NCBI GenBank assembly: GCA_963712745.1
Contig: CAVQJC010000011.1
Coordinates: 96,001-160,000, forward strand
Length of the DNA: 64,000 nucleotides
Source of the DNA: an uncultured Chloroflexia bacterium
GTDB lineage: Bacteria > Chloroflexota > Limnocylindria > Limnocylindrales > CSP1-4
Reading direction: 5' to 3'
Part shown: positions 8,512 through 17,553 of the stretch, one piece after another
Layout: the number at the start of each line of letters is the position of its first letter
Position numbering within the stretch: the first letter of the stretch is position 1
Made by a program: the position numbers and the translations under genes
Notes under the pieces: generated by a model
Told to the model about the DNA's origin: nothing
Database searches by the model: none
Seen by the model: the letters and a program-made list of their open reading frames with translations, nothing else

Positions 8512-9516
8512 TCAGCCGCGCTTGGCCGTCGCGGCGGGCTTGCGGGTAGTCCGGCGACGGGTGGGCTTGGCGGCCGCCTTGGCCGCCGCCTTGGCCGCCG
8601 CCGCCTTGGCCGCCTTGGCCGACGCCTTGGTGGCCGCTTCCTCATGCTCGGCGAGGGCTGCCGCATAGGCGGCGCCGATGATGCCCGAGGTGTTCAGGAA
8701 CCTGGCCTTGGCCAGGTCACAATTCGTCTCGAGGTAGTCCCAGTACTTGTCCGAGCGCTTGCTCACGCCACCGCCGAGGATGATGCGGTCTGGCCAGAAG
8801 AAGAACTCGAGCATGGCCAGGTACTCGTTGAACTCGCCCGCCCATTCCTTCCACTTGAGGCTCCGCCGCTCACGGGCCACGCCGCTGACCAGCGTCTCCG
8901 AGGCCTGGTCGTGCATGAGCAAGTGTCCGAACTCGGTGTTGGGCACGAGGCGCCCCTCGCTGATGAGGGCGCTGCCGATGCCCGTGCCGATGGTCAGCAG
9001 GATGGTCGTGCCCGGCTGGCCCTTGGCTTCCCCGTAGGCCAGCTCGGCCATGCCGGCCGCGTCCGCGTCGTTGATGACGTGGACAGCGCCACCCAGCGTC
9101 TCGCCGAGCCTGCCGGTGGCATCGAAGTCGACCCAACCCTTGTCCAGGTTCGCGGCCATCTTCATGCGCCCGCGCTTGATGGGCCCGGGCAGCCCGCAGC
9201 CGATGGGCAACTCCTTCACCTGGCCGTGCTCGGCGAGCACCTGTTCGACCACGGAGGCGACGGTCTCGATGACGGCTTCCGGCTTCGACGGCTGTGGCGT
9301 CTTCTCGCGTACGCGAGAGCTCACCAGTTCGGCAGTGGCCAGGTCGACCATGGCGGCCTTGACGCCGGTGCCGCCGACGTCGATGCCGAGGGCGACACCG
9401 GTGAGCGGGATGGCCTTGGCCGTGGCGGCCGCCGGCGCAGCTGAAAGACGCGCTGAGGGGGGCACGGCGGCGGGCTCGTTGGACTGCGTGGGGGCGGCAA
9501 TGTCAGTCGTGCTCAT
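8512..9516 (-). CDS. ppgK: Polyphosphate glucokinase (ROK family) with Ala/Lys/Arg-rich C-terminal tail
   Basis: GIDVGGTGVK, NDADAAGMAE, TIGTGIGSA, PNTEFGHL, ILGGGVSK. Confidence 0.88.
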   Translation of the reverse strand: MSTTDIAAPTQSNEPAAVPPSARLSAAPAAATAKAIPLTGVALGIDVGGTGVKAAMVDLATAELVSSRVREKTPQPSKPEAVIETVASVVEQVLAEHGQVKELPIGCGLPGPIKRGRMKMAANLDKGWVDFDATGRLGETLGGAVHVINDADAAGMAELAYGEAKGQPGTTILLTIGTGIGSALISEGRLVPNTEFGHLLMHDQASETLVSGVARERRSLKWKEWAGEFNEYLAMLEFFFWPDRIILGGGVSKRSDKYWDYLETNCDLAKARFLNTSGIIGAAYAAALAEHEEAATKASAKAAKAAAAKAAAKAAAKPTRRRTTRKPAATAKRG

Positions 9517-9599
9517 ATCGGCTGCAGGATACGCCGCCGGTGCCTGCCAGTGACCGCCACCGCGCGCGCTGGGCGTAGTTGACCTACGATGCGGCCGAC

Positions 9600-12302
9600 A
9601 TGTTCGACCCCTACGGTGACTTCAAGCTTCTTCCGCCTGACCCTGATCCCGATGAGACCCAGGACTGGGTCGCCTCGCTCGATGCCCTGGTCGAGGAGCT
9701 GGGCAAGGAGCGCGCCCAGTTCGTCATGTACAAGCTGCTCAAGCGCGCTCGCCAGCTGCACATCGGCCTGCCCCCGCTGACGCAGACCCGCTACATCAAC
9801 ACCATCAGCCCGGAGCAGGAAGCGCCCTTTCCCGGGGACGAGGACATGGAGCGCCGCATCCGCCGGCTCGTGCGCTGGAACGCGGCGGCCATGGTCCTGC
9901 GCGCCAACAAGGAATCGCCTGGTATCGGCGGCCACCTGGCCACGTTCGCCTCGGCCACCAGCCTCTACGAGGTCGGCCTCAATCACTTCTTCCGGGGCAA
10001 GGACGCCGAGGGCATGGGCGACCAGGTCTACTACCAGGGTCACGCGGCTCCGGGGATGTACGCGCGCGCCTTCCTCGAGGGCCGGCTGTCCGAGTCGCAG
10101 CTCGACCACTTCCGGCGCGAGGTCGTACCCGACACGGGCCTTTCCTCGTATCCGCACCCACGGCTGATGCCCGACTTCTGGGAGTTCCCGACCGTCTCGA
10201 TGGGCCTCTCGCCCCTGGCGGCCATCTACCAGGCGCGCTTCAACCGCTATCTCCACAACCGCGGCATCAAGGACACCTCGCAGAGCCGGGTGTGGGCCTT
10301 CCTCGGCGATGGCGAGACCGACGAGCCGGAGTCGCTGGGCTCGCTCAGCATCGCCGCGCGCGAGGGCCTGGACAACCTCATCTTCGTGGTCAACTGCAAC
10401 CTTCAGCGCCTCGATGGCCCGGTCCGCGGCAACGGCAAGATCGTGCAGGAGCTCGAAGCCGTCTTCCGTGGCGCTGGCTGGAATGTCATCAAGGTCATCT
10501 GGGGACGCGAGTGGGACGAGTTGCTGGCGCGTGATCCAGGGGGCGTGCTCGTCCAGCGCATGGCCGACGTCGTCGACGGCGAGTGGCAGAAGTACTCGGT
10601 CGAGCCGGGCTCGTACATGCGCGAGCGCTTCTTCGGGGCCGACCCGCGTCTGGCGGCACTGGTGGCGGACAAGACCGACGATGAGCTCAAGGCGCTCCGT
10701 CGCGGTGGCCACGATTACCGCAAGCTGTACGCGGCCTACCACAAGGCCACGCAGCCCAACGGAGCACCCACGGTGATCCTGGCCAAGACCGTCAAGGGCT
10801 GGACGCTGGGCTCCTCGGTGGAGGCGCGCAACATCACCCACCAGGCCAAGAAGATGAACGACGAGGAGGTGCGGGTCTTCCGCGACCGCCTCGAACTGCC
10901 CATCCCCGACGACGATCTGCACGAGGTGCCCTACTACCATCCGGGCCCCGACTCGCCGGAGATCGAGTACCTGCAGGAGCGGCGTGCTGCTCTGGGTGGG
11001 CCTTCGCCGCGCCGCGTGGTGGTGAGCAACCCGCTCGACACGCCGGGCCAGGAGGTCTACCGCGAGTTCGACGGGGGCTCCGGCGGGCAGGCTGTCTCGA
11101 CCACGATGGCCTTCGCCAAGCTGCTGCGCAACATCCTGCGCGACGAGGGTGTGGGCGAGCGCATCGTGCCCATCATCCCCGACGAGGCCCGCACCTTCGG
11201 CATGGATTCGCTCTTCCAGGAGGTGGGCATCTACTCGGCGCTGGGCCAGCTCTACGACCCGGTCGACTCGAACCTGATGTTCTCGTATCGCGAGGACAAG
11301 GCCGGCCAGATCCTCGAGGAGGGCCTGACCGAGGCCGGCTCGACCGCTTCCATGCAGGCCGCGGGCACCTCCTATGCCACGCACGGCGAACCGATGATCC
11401 CGTTCTACATCTTCTACTCGATGTTCGGGTTCCAGCGCACGGCCGACGAGATCTGGGCCTTCCAGGACGCGCGAGGGCGGGGCTTCATGATGGGCGCCAC
11501 CGCCGGCCGCACCACGCTCAACGGCGAGGGCCTCCAGCACGAGGACGGCCACAGCCTGGTGCACGCCTCCCACTTCCCCTCTTGCCGCGTCTACGACCCT
11601 GCCTTCGCCTACGAGACGGCGGCCATCGTCAAGGACGGCATCGAGCGGATGTACGGGCCGCAGCCGGAGGACGTCTTCTACTACGTCACGCTCTACAACG
11701 AGAACCACGTCATGCCCGTGCGGCCCGAGGGCGTGAGCGACGAGGACATCATCAACGGCCTCTATCGCTTCGCCGAGGCCCCGGCCGTCACCGACGGAGC
11801 GCCGCGCGCCACCATCCTGGCCTCAGGCGTGATCATGCAGCAGGCGCTGGCAGCGCAGGCCATGCTCGCGGAGCGGTACGGCGTGGCGACGGAGATCTAC
11901 AGCGCGCCGTCCTTCCAGCTGCTGCGCAACGAGGCCCTCGAGACCGAGCACTGGAACCTGCACAACCCCGGTTCGGTACGCGTCCCCTACGTGACCAGGG
12001 TGTTGGCCGAGCCCGGCGCTGCCGGTCCCGTGGTGGCTGTCTCGGACTGGATCGCCGCCTGGCCGGACATGGTCAGCCGCTGGGTCCCGACCGAAGCCTG
12101 GCGCAGCATGGGCACCGACGGCTACGGCCGCAGTGACACCCGCGAAGCCCTCAGGCGTTTCTTCGACATCGACGCGGAGCACATCAGCGCGGCGGTTCTG
12201 GTCGAGCTGGCCCGGCTGGGCAAGCTGCCGCTGGGCGAGGTCGCGAAGGCCGTCGCCGAGCTCGACCTCGAGCCCGAGGCACCTTTCGCCATCGACCGCT
12301 GA
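9600..12302 (+). CDS. aceE: Pyruvate dehydrogenase E1, homodimeric type
   Basis: DPDPDETQDW, GGH, GLSSYPHP, GDGETDEPES, NCNLQRLDGPV, GEGLQH, GTDGYGRSD. Confidence 0.97.
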   Translation: MFDPYGDFKLLPPDPDPDETQDWVASLDALVEELGKERAQFVMYKLLKRARQLHIGLPPLTQTRYINTISPEQEAPFPGDEDMERRIRRLVRWNAAAMVLRANKESPGIGGHLATFASATSLYEVGLNHFFRGKDAEGMGDQVYYQGHAAPGMYARAFLEGRLSESQLDHFRREVVPDTGLSSYPHPRLMPDFWEFPTVSMGLSPLAAIYQARFNRYLHNRGIKDTSQSRVWAFLGDGETDEPESLGSLSIAAREGLDNLIFVVNCNLQRLDGPVRGNGKIVQELEAVFRGAGWNVIKVIWGREWDELLARDPGGVLVQRMADVVDGEWQKYSVEPGSYMRERFFGADPRLAALVADKTDDELKALRRGGHDYRKLYAAYHKATQPNGAPTVILAKTVKGWTLGSSVEARNITHQAKKMNDEEVRVFRDRLELPIPDDDLHEVPYYHPGPDSPEIEYLQERRAALGGPSPRRVVVSNPLDTPGQEVYREFDGGSGGQAVSTTMAFAKLLRNILRDEGVGERIVPIIPDEARTFGMDSLFQEVGIYSALGQLYDPVDSNLMFSYREDKAGQILEEGLTEAGSTASMQAAGTSYATHGEPMIPFYIFYSMFGFQRTADEIWAFQDARGRGFMMGATAGRTTLNGEGLQHEDGHSLVHASHFPSCRVYDPAFAYETAAIVKDGIERMYGPQPEDVFYYVTLYNENHVMPVRPEGVSDEDIINGLYRFAEAPAVTDGAPRATILASGVIMQQALAAQAMLAERYGVATEIYSAPSFQLLRNEALETEHWNLHNPGSVRVPYVTRVLAEPGAAGPVVAVSDWIAAWPDMVSRWVPTEAWRSMGTDGYGRSDTREALRRFFDIDAEHISAAVLVELARLGKLPLGEVAKAVAELDLEPEAPFAIDR

Positions 12303-12366
12303 GCCGGACCAGTACCAACGGGGCAGTAGCCATCCCCCCGTGGGTGGCCGCTACCATCGTGTCGTC

Positions 12367-12948
12367 ATGACCGGGACGACCTACGTTCCTGGTGAGCCTG
12401 CCGACGCGACTCTTGTCGAGGCTGCTCGCCGGGGTGATCTGCACGCCTGGGAGCGGCTCGTTCGCCGATACCAGGAGTCCGTCTATCGGGTCGCCTGGCT
12501 CATCGTCCGCGACTCCGACCTGGCGGAGGCTGCCGCGTTGTCCGCCTTCGTGCGCGCCTTCCGGGCGCTGCCCTCCTACGACGAGCAGGTCAGCCTGCTG
12601 CCCTGGCTCATCCGCATCACCGGCGGCGAGGCGCGCCAGCAGCGTCGCGAATCGGGCCGCCCCACGCCATCATCGCGACCGGTCGAGCGCCAGCCGACGC
12701 CGCACTTCCCGGCTTCGGCGGTCCCGGGCATGGCCCAGGCCGCCGGACTCACCATCCACGAGCGGGGCGCCGTCACCGAGGCCTTCGACCGTCTTGGCGA
12801 GGAGGACCGCCTGGTGTTGGCCGCGCGCTACCTCCTCGGTCTGTCGAGAGACGATGCCGCCAGTGCACTCTCTGTCGCCAGCGCTCTCGTCGATGAGCGG
12901 CTCGAGGGTGCCCTGAAACGGCTTCGCAGCCGGATGGCCGCCGCCTGA
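12367..12948 (+). CDS. ECF-type RNA polymerase sigma factor (divergent)
   Basis: DATLVEAARRGD..AWERLVRRYQ..VYRVA region 2; region-4-like C-terminus. Confidence 0.75.
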   Translation: MTGTTYVPGEPADATLVEAARRGDLHAWERLVRRYQESVYRVAWLIVRDSDLAEAAALSAFVRAFRALPSYDEQVSLLPWLIRITGGEARQQRRESGRPTPSSRPVERQPTPHFPASAVPGMAQAAGLTIHERGAVTEAFDRLGEEDRLVLAARYLLGLSRDDAASALSVASALVDERLEGALKRLRSRMAAA

Positions 12949-13436
12949 TGAGCGTCCAGAGCCACCCAGGCTCCCACAGCGGCCTGCCCGACGATCGCCT
13001 CGGGACCGTGGCCGTCTCACTGGCCGTGGCGGAGCTGACGCTCACGCCGGACGTGGTTCCTGCCGTGATGGACCGGATCGCCCGCGACGCGGTGGCCTAT
13101 CCCGAGCAGTTCGACCGCCGGCCGGGGCCGCCCGCGCCACCCTCCTGGATGCCGCCGAGCGAGCGCTCTGCCAAGCGGGCCATCAGCCGGCTGGCCGTCA
13201 TCGGCGTGCTGGTCGCCATCGTCGTCGCGCTGGTCATCTTCGCCGCCTCGGCCAGCGCCGGGGCAGCAGGCAGCGGTGACTTCGGAGCCGTAGAGCTGGT
13301 GGCCGGAAGGGCCGCTCCCCTGCCGATTGACGCGATAGATGGCAGGCTGGTGTCGTTCGGGGTCGATGAGGCCGGCGAGGTCTACGGCATCGAACACGGA
13401 GGCCGAATCCTTCACGTCGTCACGGAGGATCCATGA
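12948..13436 (+). CDS. Putative single-pass anti-sigma factor ending in a GSDH-like beta-propeller blade
   Basis: Coupled to the sigma gene (TGATG); cytoplasmic helix PDVVPAVMDRI, TM helix, C-terminal LVSFGVDEAGEVY. Confidence 0.55.
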   Translation: MSVQSHPGSHSGLPDDRLGTVAVSLAVAELTLTPDVVPAVMDRIARDAVAYPEQFDRRPGPPAPPSWMPPSERSAKRAISRLAVIGVLVAIVVALVIFAASASAGAAGSGDFGAVELVAGRAAPLPIDAIDGRLVSFGVDEAGEVYGIEHGGRILHVVTEDP

Positions 13437-14770
13437 CCCAGACCCAGTCCCGTCGCTTCAGCTTCGTCGCGCTGCTGCTGACACTCGCGTTGGTGATGGC
13501 CGCCGCCAGCTCGGCAGTCACGCTCGGCGCCCAGGGCAAGAACAAGAAGAATGCCAAGACCACCAACGAACCCGCGGTGGCAGCCTCGCCGGCAGCGGAG
13601 GCGTCGCCCACGCCGAGCCCAGAGCCGACGCCCGAGCCCACGCCGTTCCCCATGTTCGACCCCGCCTCGGTCGGGCTGCGCATCGACCTCCTCACCGACG
13701 GGCTCAACGCGCCCGTGTATCTCACCGACGACCGGGCGCCGGGCGGCTGCCTCTATGTCGTCGAGCAGGGCGGCATGGTCCGCATCGTCGAGGCCGACAC
13801 GGGATACCTGCGGCCGGCACCCTTCCTCGACATCAGCAAGCTCGTGGCCACCGGCCCCGAACAGGGCCTCCACAGCATCGCCTTCCATCCCAAGTTCCGG
13901 AAGAACGGACGCTTCTTCGTCCACTACAACCGGCCCGACAACGCCTCGGTCATCGCCGAGTTCAAGGGCAAGCCCTGCGCATCCGCCGGCAACAAACCGG
14001 TCAAGACGCTGTTGACGGTGGACCAGGAGTTCCCCAACAACAACGCCGGCTGGATCGGCTTCGGCCGTGACGGCTACCTCTACATCCCGCTCGGTGACGG
14101 CGGTGGCCGCTCGCCCGGCGACCCCAACGGCTACGGCCAGACCAAGTCGACCCGGCTGTCGAAGGTGCTTCGCATCGACGTGAACAAGGGCCGCCGCTAC
14201 GTCGTGCCCCAGGACAACCCCTATGCCAAGAAGAAGATGGGCTTCCCGCCGGAAGCCTGGGCCTGGGGCCTGCGCGACCCGCGCCGAGCCTCCTTCGACC
14301 GCAAGACCGGGGACCTGTGGATCGGCGACGTGGGCCAGGACCGCCACGAGGAGATCGACCTCATCCCCGTGGGCGCGACCACGAAGGGTGCGGCTCTCAA
14401 CTTCGGCTGGTCGGACGTGGAGGGGTATGCCTCCTGCCACCCCAATGTTCCCGAATGCGACCCCTCGCTCTACGAGGAGCCAGTGTGGAGCTATGACAAG
14501 GTCCCGCCGCACCGTGCGGTGACCGGCGGCTACGTCTATCGCGGCAAAGCCATCCCCGAGCTCTTCGGCGTCTACCTCTTCAGCGACTTCGCCAGCGGCT
14601 ATCTGTGGGCGCTCGACGCGGAGGCCGTCTACGAGGGTCTCGACGTCACCGCCGAGCTGCTGCTGGATGCCCCGCAGGGGTTCGTCTCATTCGGCCAGGA
14701 CGATTCTGGCGAGCTCTATCTCGTCTCCTTCGACGGCAGCGTCTACCGGCTCAATCGCGCCGAAAGCTGA
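13433..14770 (+). CDS. Secreted PQQ-dependent sugar dehydrogenase family (GSDH/Asd-like)
   Basis: Signal peptide; EQGLHSIAFHP, FGRDGYLYI..GDGG, WAWGLRDP.R.SFD, GDVGQ...EEID. Confidence 0.9.
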   Translation: MTQTQSRRFSFVALLLTLALVMAAASSAVTLGAQGKNKKNAKTTNEPAVAASPAAEASPTPSPEPTPEPTPFPMFDPASVGLRIDLLTDGLNAPVYLTDDRAPGGCLYVVEQGGMVRIVEADTGYLRPAPFLDISKLVATGPEQGLHSIAFHPKFRKNGRFFVHYNRPDNASVIAEFKGKPCASAGNKPVKTLLTVDQEFPNNNAGWIGFGRDGYLYIPLGDGGGRSPGDPNGYGQTKSTRLSKVLRIDVNKGRRYVVPQDNPYAKKKMGFPPEAWAWGLRDPRRASFDRKTGDLWIGDVGQDRHEEIDLIPVGATTKGAALNFGWSDVEGYASCHPNVPECDPSLYEEPVWSYDKVPPHRAVTGGYVYRGKAIPELFGVYLFSDFASGYLWALDAEAVYEGLDVTAELLLDAPQGFVSFGQDDSGELYLVSFDGSVYRLNRAES

Positions 14771-14788
14771 GCTCGGTCGGGTTCGAGC

Positions 14789-15598
14789 ATGGTGACCGAA
14801 CAAGAGCCCGACCCAGACAGCCTGCGCTACGCGCGCTACTGGGAGCCGGTGCTGGCCGCTCCCGCCCAGCGCCTGCTGCGGCTCCTGGACGTGGTGCCGA
14901 GGACATACCTCGACATCGGTGCCGGCACCGGAGCGCTGGTGCTGGCGGCGGCCAGGCGATGGCCGGAGGCCCGCCTCATCGGGCTCGACGCATCCGCCGG
15001 CATGCTCTCGGTCGCGCGCAGTCGCTCGAGCGCAGGGGCCGACGGTGCGGGCCGCTTCAGCTGGCTGGCCGCCGACGCCGCAGCCATGCCACTGGACGAT
15101 GCCTCGGTGGACGTTGCCACCTCCTCGTTCATGCTCCAGCTGGCCGACGATCGCCGAGCGGTGCTGGGCGAGGTCAAGCGCGTCCTGCGCCCCGGAGCCG
15201 TCTTCGCGTTCGTGACCTGGCTGGCCGATGAGCTCGAGCTCGAGGCCGACGAAGCCTTCGAGGAGGCCCTGGCCGAGCTGGGACTCGACGAGGCCGAGCC
15301 GCCGGGCGGCCGACCTCCGCGGGTGACCGACTACCGTTCCCTCGACGAGGCGCGCGACGAGCTGCTGGCTGCCGGCTTCACCCAGGTCGAGGTCCGGGTC
15401 GATGACATCCATCATGCCTGGACACGAGAGGCCTTCCTCGAGTTCAAGCTGGACTACGACGAATACGACCTGGTGGAGTCGCTTGAAGCCCCGCTGGCTG
15501 AGCGGCTGCGGTCGGCCGCGCTGGCGCGCTTCGCCGACATGCCCGAGTCGGCCTTCGTCGTCCGCGGCCCATTGGTCGTGGCGCTCGCCCGCCGCTAG
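14789..15598 (+). CDS. Class I SAM-dependent methyltransferase
   Basis: LDIGAGTG, GLDAS..ML, RVLRPG. Confidence 0.9.
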   Translation: MVTEQEPDPDSLRYARYWEPVLAAPAQRLLRLLDVVPRTYLDIGAGTGALVLAAARRWPEARLIGLDASAGMLSVARSRSSAGADGAGRFSWLAADAAAMPLDDASVDVATSSFMLQLADDRRAVLGEVKRVLRPGAVFAFVTWLADELELEADEAFEEALAELGLDEAEPPGGRPPRVTDYRSLDEARDELLAAGFTQVEVRVDDIHHAWTREAFLEFKLDYDEYDLVESLEAPLAERLRSAALARFADMPESAFVVRGPLVVALARR

Positions 15599-15647
15599 CT
15601 CTCACGCGCCTGGCCCAGGTGTCGCGTCTACTCGGGGATAGGACAGC

Positions 15648-16451
15648 CTAGACAGCGAAGGGCGTGCCTTCCAGCGGGCGGCAGACCTTGCACGGCCGGT
15701 AGCCGGCGTCTCGCGCTTCCTCGGCGCTGTGGAATCGGACTTCGTGGGTACTCGAGGTCCGACGGGCGTGCCGGCACGAGGGATAGCAGTAGATGCTGGT
15801 GGTATCGGAGCCGGTGTAGCGGACACCAACGCCGGCCATCCGCTCCAGCTCCACCGTATCGGTGCCCTCGAGCGTGAGCACCTCGCGCTTGGCCTCCGGT
15901 CCGCCCGCACCGTAGTTGCCGATGTGGCCGTCGGCGCGCACCACCCGATGGCAGGGGATGACGAAGGTGATGGGGTTTCCCGCCAGCGCCGAGCCCACCG
16001 CCCGCACGGCCTTCGGCCGGCCGATCTCGCGCGCTACCCACGCATAGGGCCGCACCTCCCCGTAGGGGATCTCCATGGTCTTGCGCAGCACCGCCCGTTC
16101 GAACTCGGTGAGCGCGTCGAGGTCGACCGGCGGGCCGTCGGTGCGCTTGCCGTCGAAGCGCTTGCGCACCTGGGCCAGCATCCCTGCCGGCATCCGTGGC
16201 ACGCGTCGTATTGGGCGGCCGTGGCGCAGTTCGTACTCGGTTTCGAAGCCGTCGGGGTCGCCAGCGCGCTCGGCCGCGGTGATGCCGCTCGCTGCCCAGG
16301 CCACGTACAGGGGCCCGATGGGCCCGTCGATCTCCGTCCACGAGTCGACCAGGCCGACCCCGGCCATGACGGCGTCGGCCAGTCCATGAGGCGCCGTCGC
16401 CTCCACCGAGCGCAGTGCCTTGACCATCGTTCGTGCCTCCCGCAAGCTCAT
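15648..16451 (-). CDS. ogt: Methylated-DNA--protein-cysteine methyltransferase with C-terminal Ada Zn-binding domain
   Basis: IPYGEVRPY, AVRAVG, IPCHRVV active site; C-terminal TTSIYCYPSC...AGYRPCKVCRP. Confidence 0.9.
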   Translation of the reverse strand: MSLREARTMVKALRSVEATAPHGLADAVMAGVGLVDSWTEIDGPIGPLYVAWAASGITAAERAGDPDGFETEYELRHGRPIRRVPRMPAGMLAQVRKRFDGKRTDGPPVDLDALTEFERAVLRKTMEIPYGEVRPYAWVAREIGRPKAVRAVGSALAGNPITFVIPCHRVVRADGHIGNYGAGGPEAKREVLTLEGTDTVELERMAGVGVRYTGSDTTSIYCYPSCRHARRTSSTHEVRFHSAEEARDAGYRPCKVCRPLEGTPFAV

Positions 16452-17020
16452 CGCGCCACCTCGTGGCTGTCATGGCTCATATCGTCCTCGAGCGCCTTCC
16501 GCAGCAGGCGTATGCCCCGATGCACGTCCGACTTGACCGTGCCCAGCGGCCGGCCCAGCGCCTCCGCCAGTTCCGGGTATGAGAGTCCGCTGACGTGGCG
16601 CAACTCGACCGCCCGCCGGTATCGGGCGGGCAAGGCATCCAGCCGCGCTTGCCATCGGCCCGCTGCCTCGCGCTGCTCGGCGATGCGGGCTGGCCCCGGG
16701 CTCTCATCGGCTTTCATCTCCGCCACCGTCGCCAGCGCAGCGGTGGCTGGGGTCCGCCGGCGCGCCCGGTTGCGGGCGAGGTTGCCGGTGATGGCAGCCA
16801 GCCACCCGCGCGGGCGCAGCCCGGCGATACGACTCGCGTCGTAGCCGGCCAGCGCCCGGTACGCCCGGATGAAAGCCTCCTGGGCCAGGTCCTCCGCATC
16901 GGCCGGGCGCCTCGTCGAGCGCAGGGCGATGCCGTAGACGAGGTCCTGGTGATGGGCCAGGAACTCCGGGAAAGAACCCTCAAGGTCCTGGGCCAGCCGG
17001 CGGGGGCAGTCAGCGCACAC
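16448..17020 (-). CDS. ECF-type RNA polymerase sigma factor with N-terminal CxxC
   Basis: DAEDLAQEAFIRAY, GLSYPELAEALGRPLGTVKSDVHRG; begins (M)CADC. Confidence 0.92.
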   Translation of the reverse strand: MCADCPRRLAQDLEGSFPEFLAHHQDLVYGIALRSTRRPADAEDLAQEAFIRAYRALAGYDASRIAGLRPRGWLAAITGNLARNRARRRTPATAALATVAEMKADESPGPARIAEQREAAGRWQARLDALPARYRRAVELRHVSGLSYPELAEALGRPLGTVKSDVHRGIRLLRKALEDDMSHDSHEVAR

Positions 17021-17029
17021 GCAGGCAAG

Positions 17030-17056
17030 AACACGCGGTCGTGGTCATCGGTTGCA
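17030..17056 (-). promoter_or_regulatory. Putative ECF-type promoter TGCAAC-N18-GTT upstream of the sigma gene
   Basis: AAC -35 core and CGTGTT -10 element, 9 nt before the GTG start. Confidence 0.5.
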
Positions 17057-17190
17057 GTGTGCCGCCTGCGGTCGAGCCGGGCACGTCCCGGCGACCGTCC
17101 ACCCCACCCGCGCCACCCGCTACTCGCGTCACCCGCGCCAATCCGAACTCGCGCCACCCGCAACTCGAACCACGGACGGGCCGCGTCCGA

Positions 17191-17463
17191 CTAGCCCACG
17201 TACCTGCGCTCGGTGTAGCACCACTTGAAGCCGCGGCCCACCGGCATCGAGGCCATGACTGCGTGCCCAGTCTGCCGATAGTGCGCCTCGGCATCGCCGG
17301 CCTGGGACTCGCAGCAGCCAACGTGACCACATGTCGCGCACACCCGCAGGCTGTAGGTGCTGCCGCACTCCTCGCAGGCATTGCCGGAGGGGGTGGCCAT
17401 CGAGTCGGGCCCATGGCTGCAGGTCGCGCCATCTGTGCCGAGGAGGTTCCGAATCATGTCCAT
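17191..17463 (-). CDS. UBP-type zinc finger protein
   Basis: CSH...CEEC...LRVCATCGHVGCCES...H...TGH...WCY. Confidence 0.9.
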   Translation of the reverse strand: MDMIRNLLGTDGATCSHGPDSMATPSGNACEECGSTYSLRVCATCGHVGCCESQAGDAEAHYRQTGHAVMASMPVGRGFKWCYTERRYVG

Positions 17464-17553
17464 GCCCGACATCTTGACGCAGTCGACGTGTCGATCCTGT
17501 GATGGACCTCACAGCTGGAGTCCCGCCCCTGGCTCACGACGCCCGGCCGAGCC

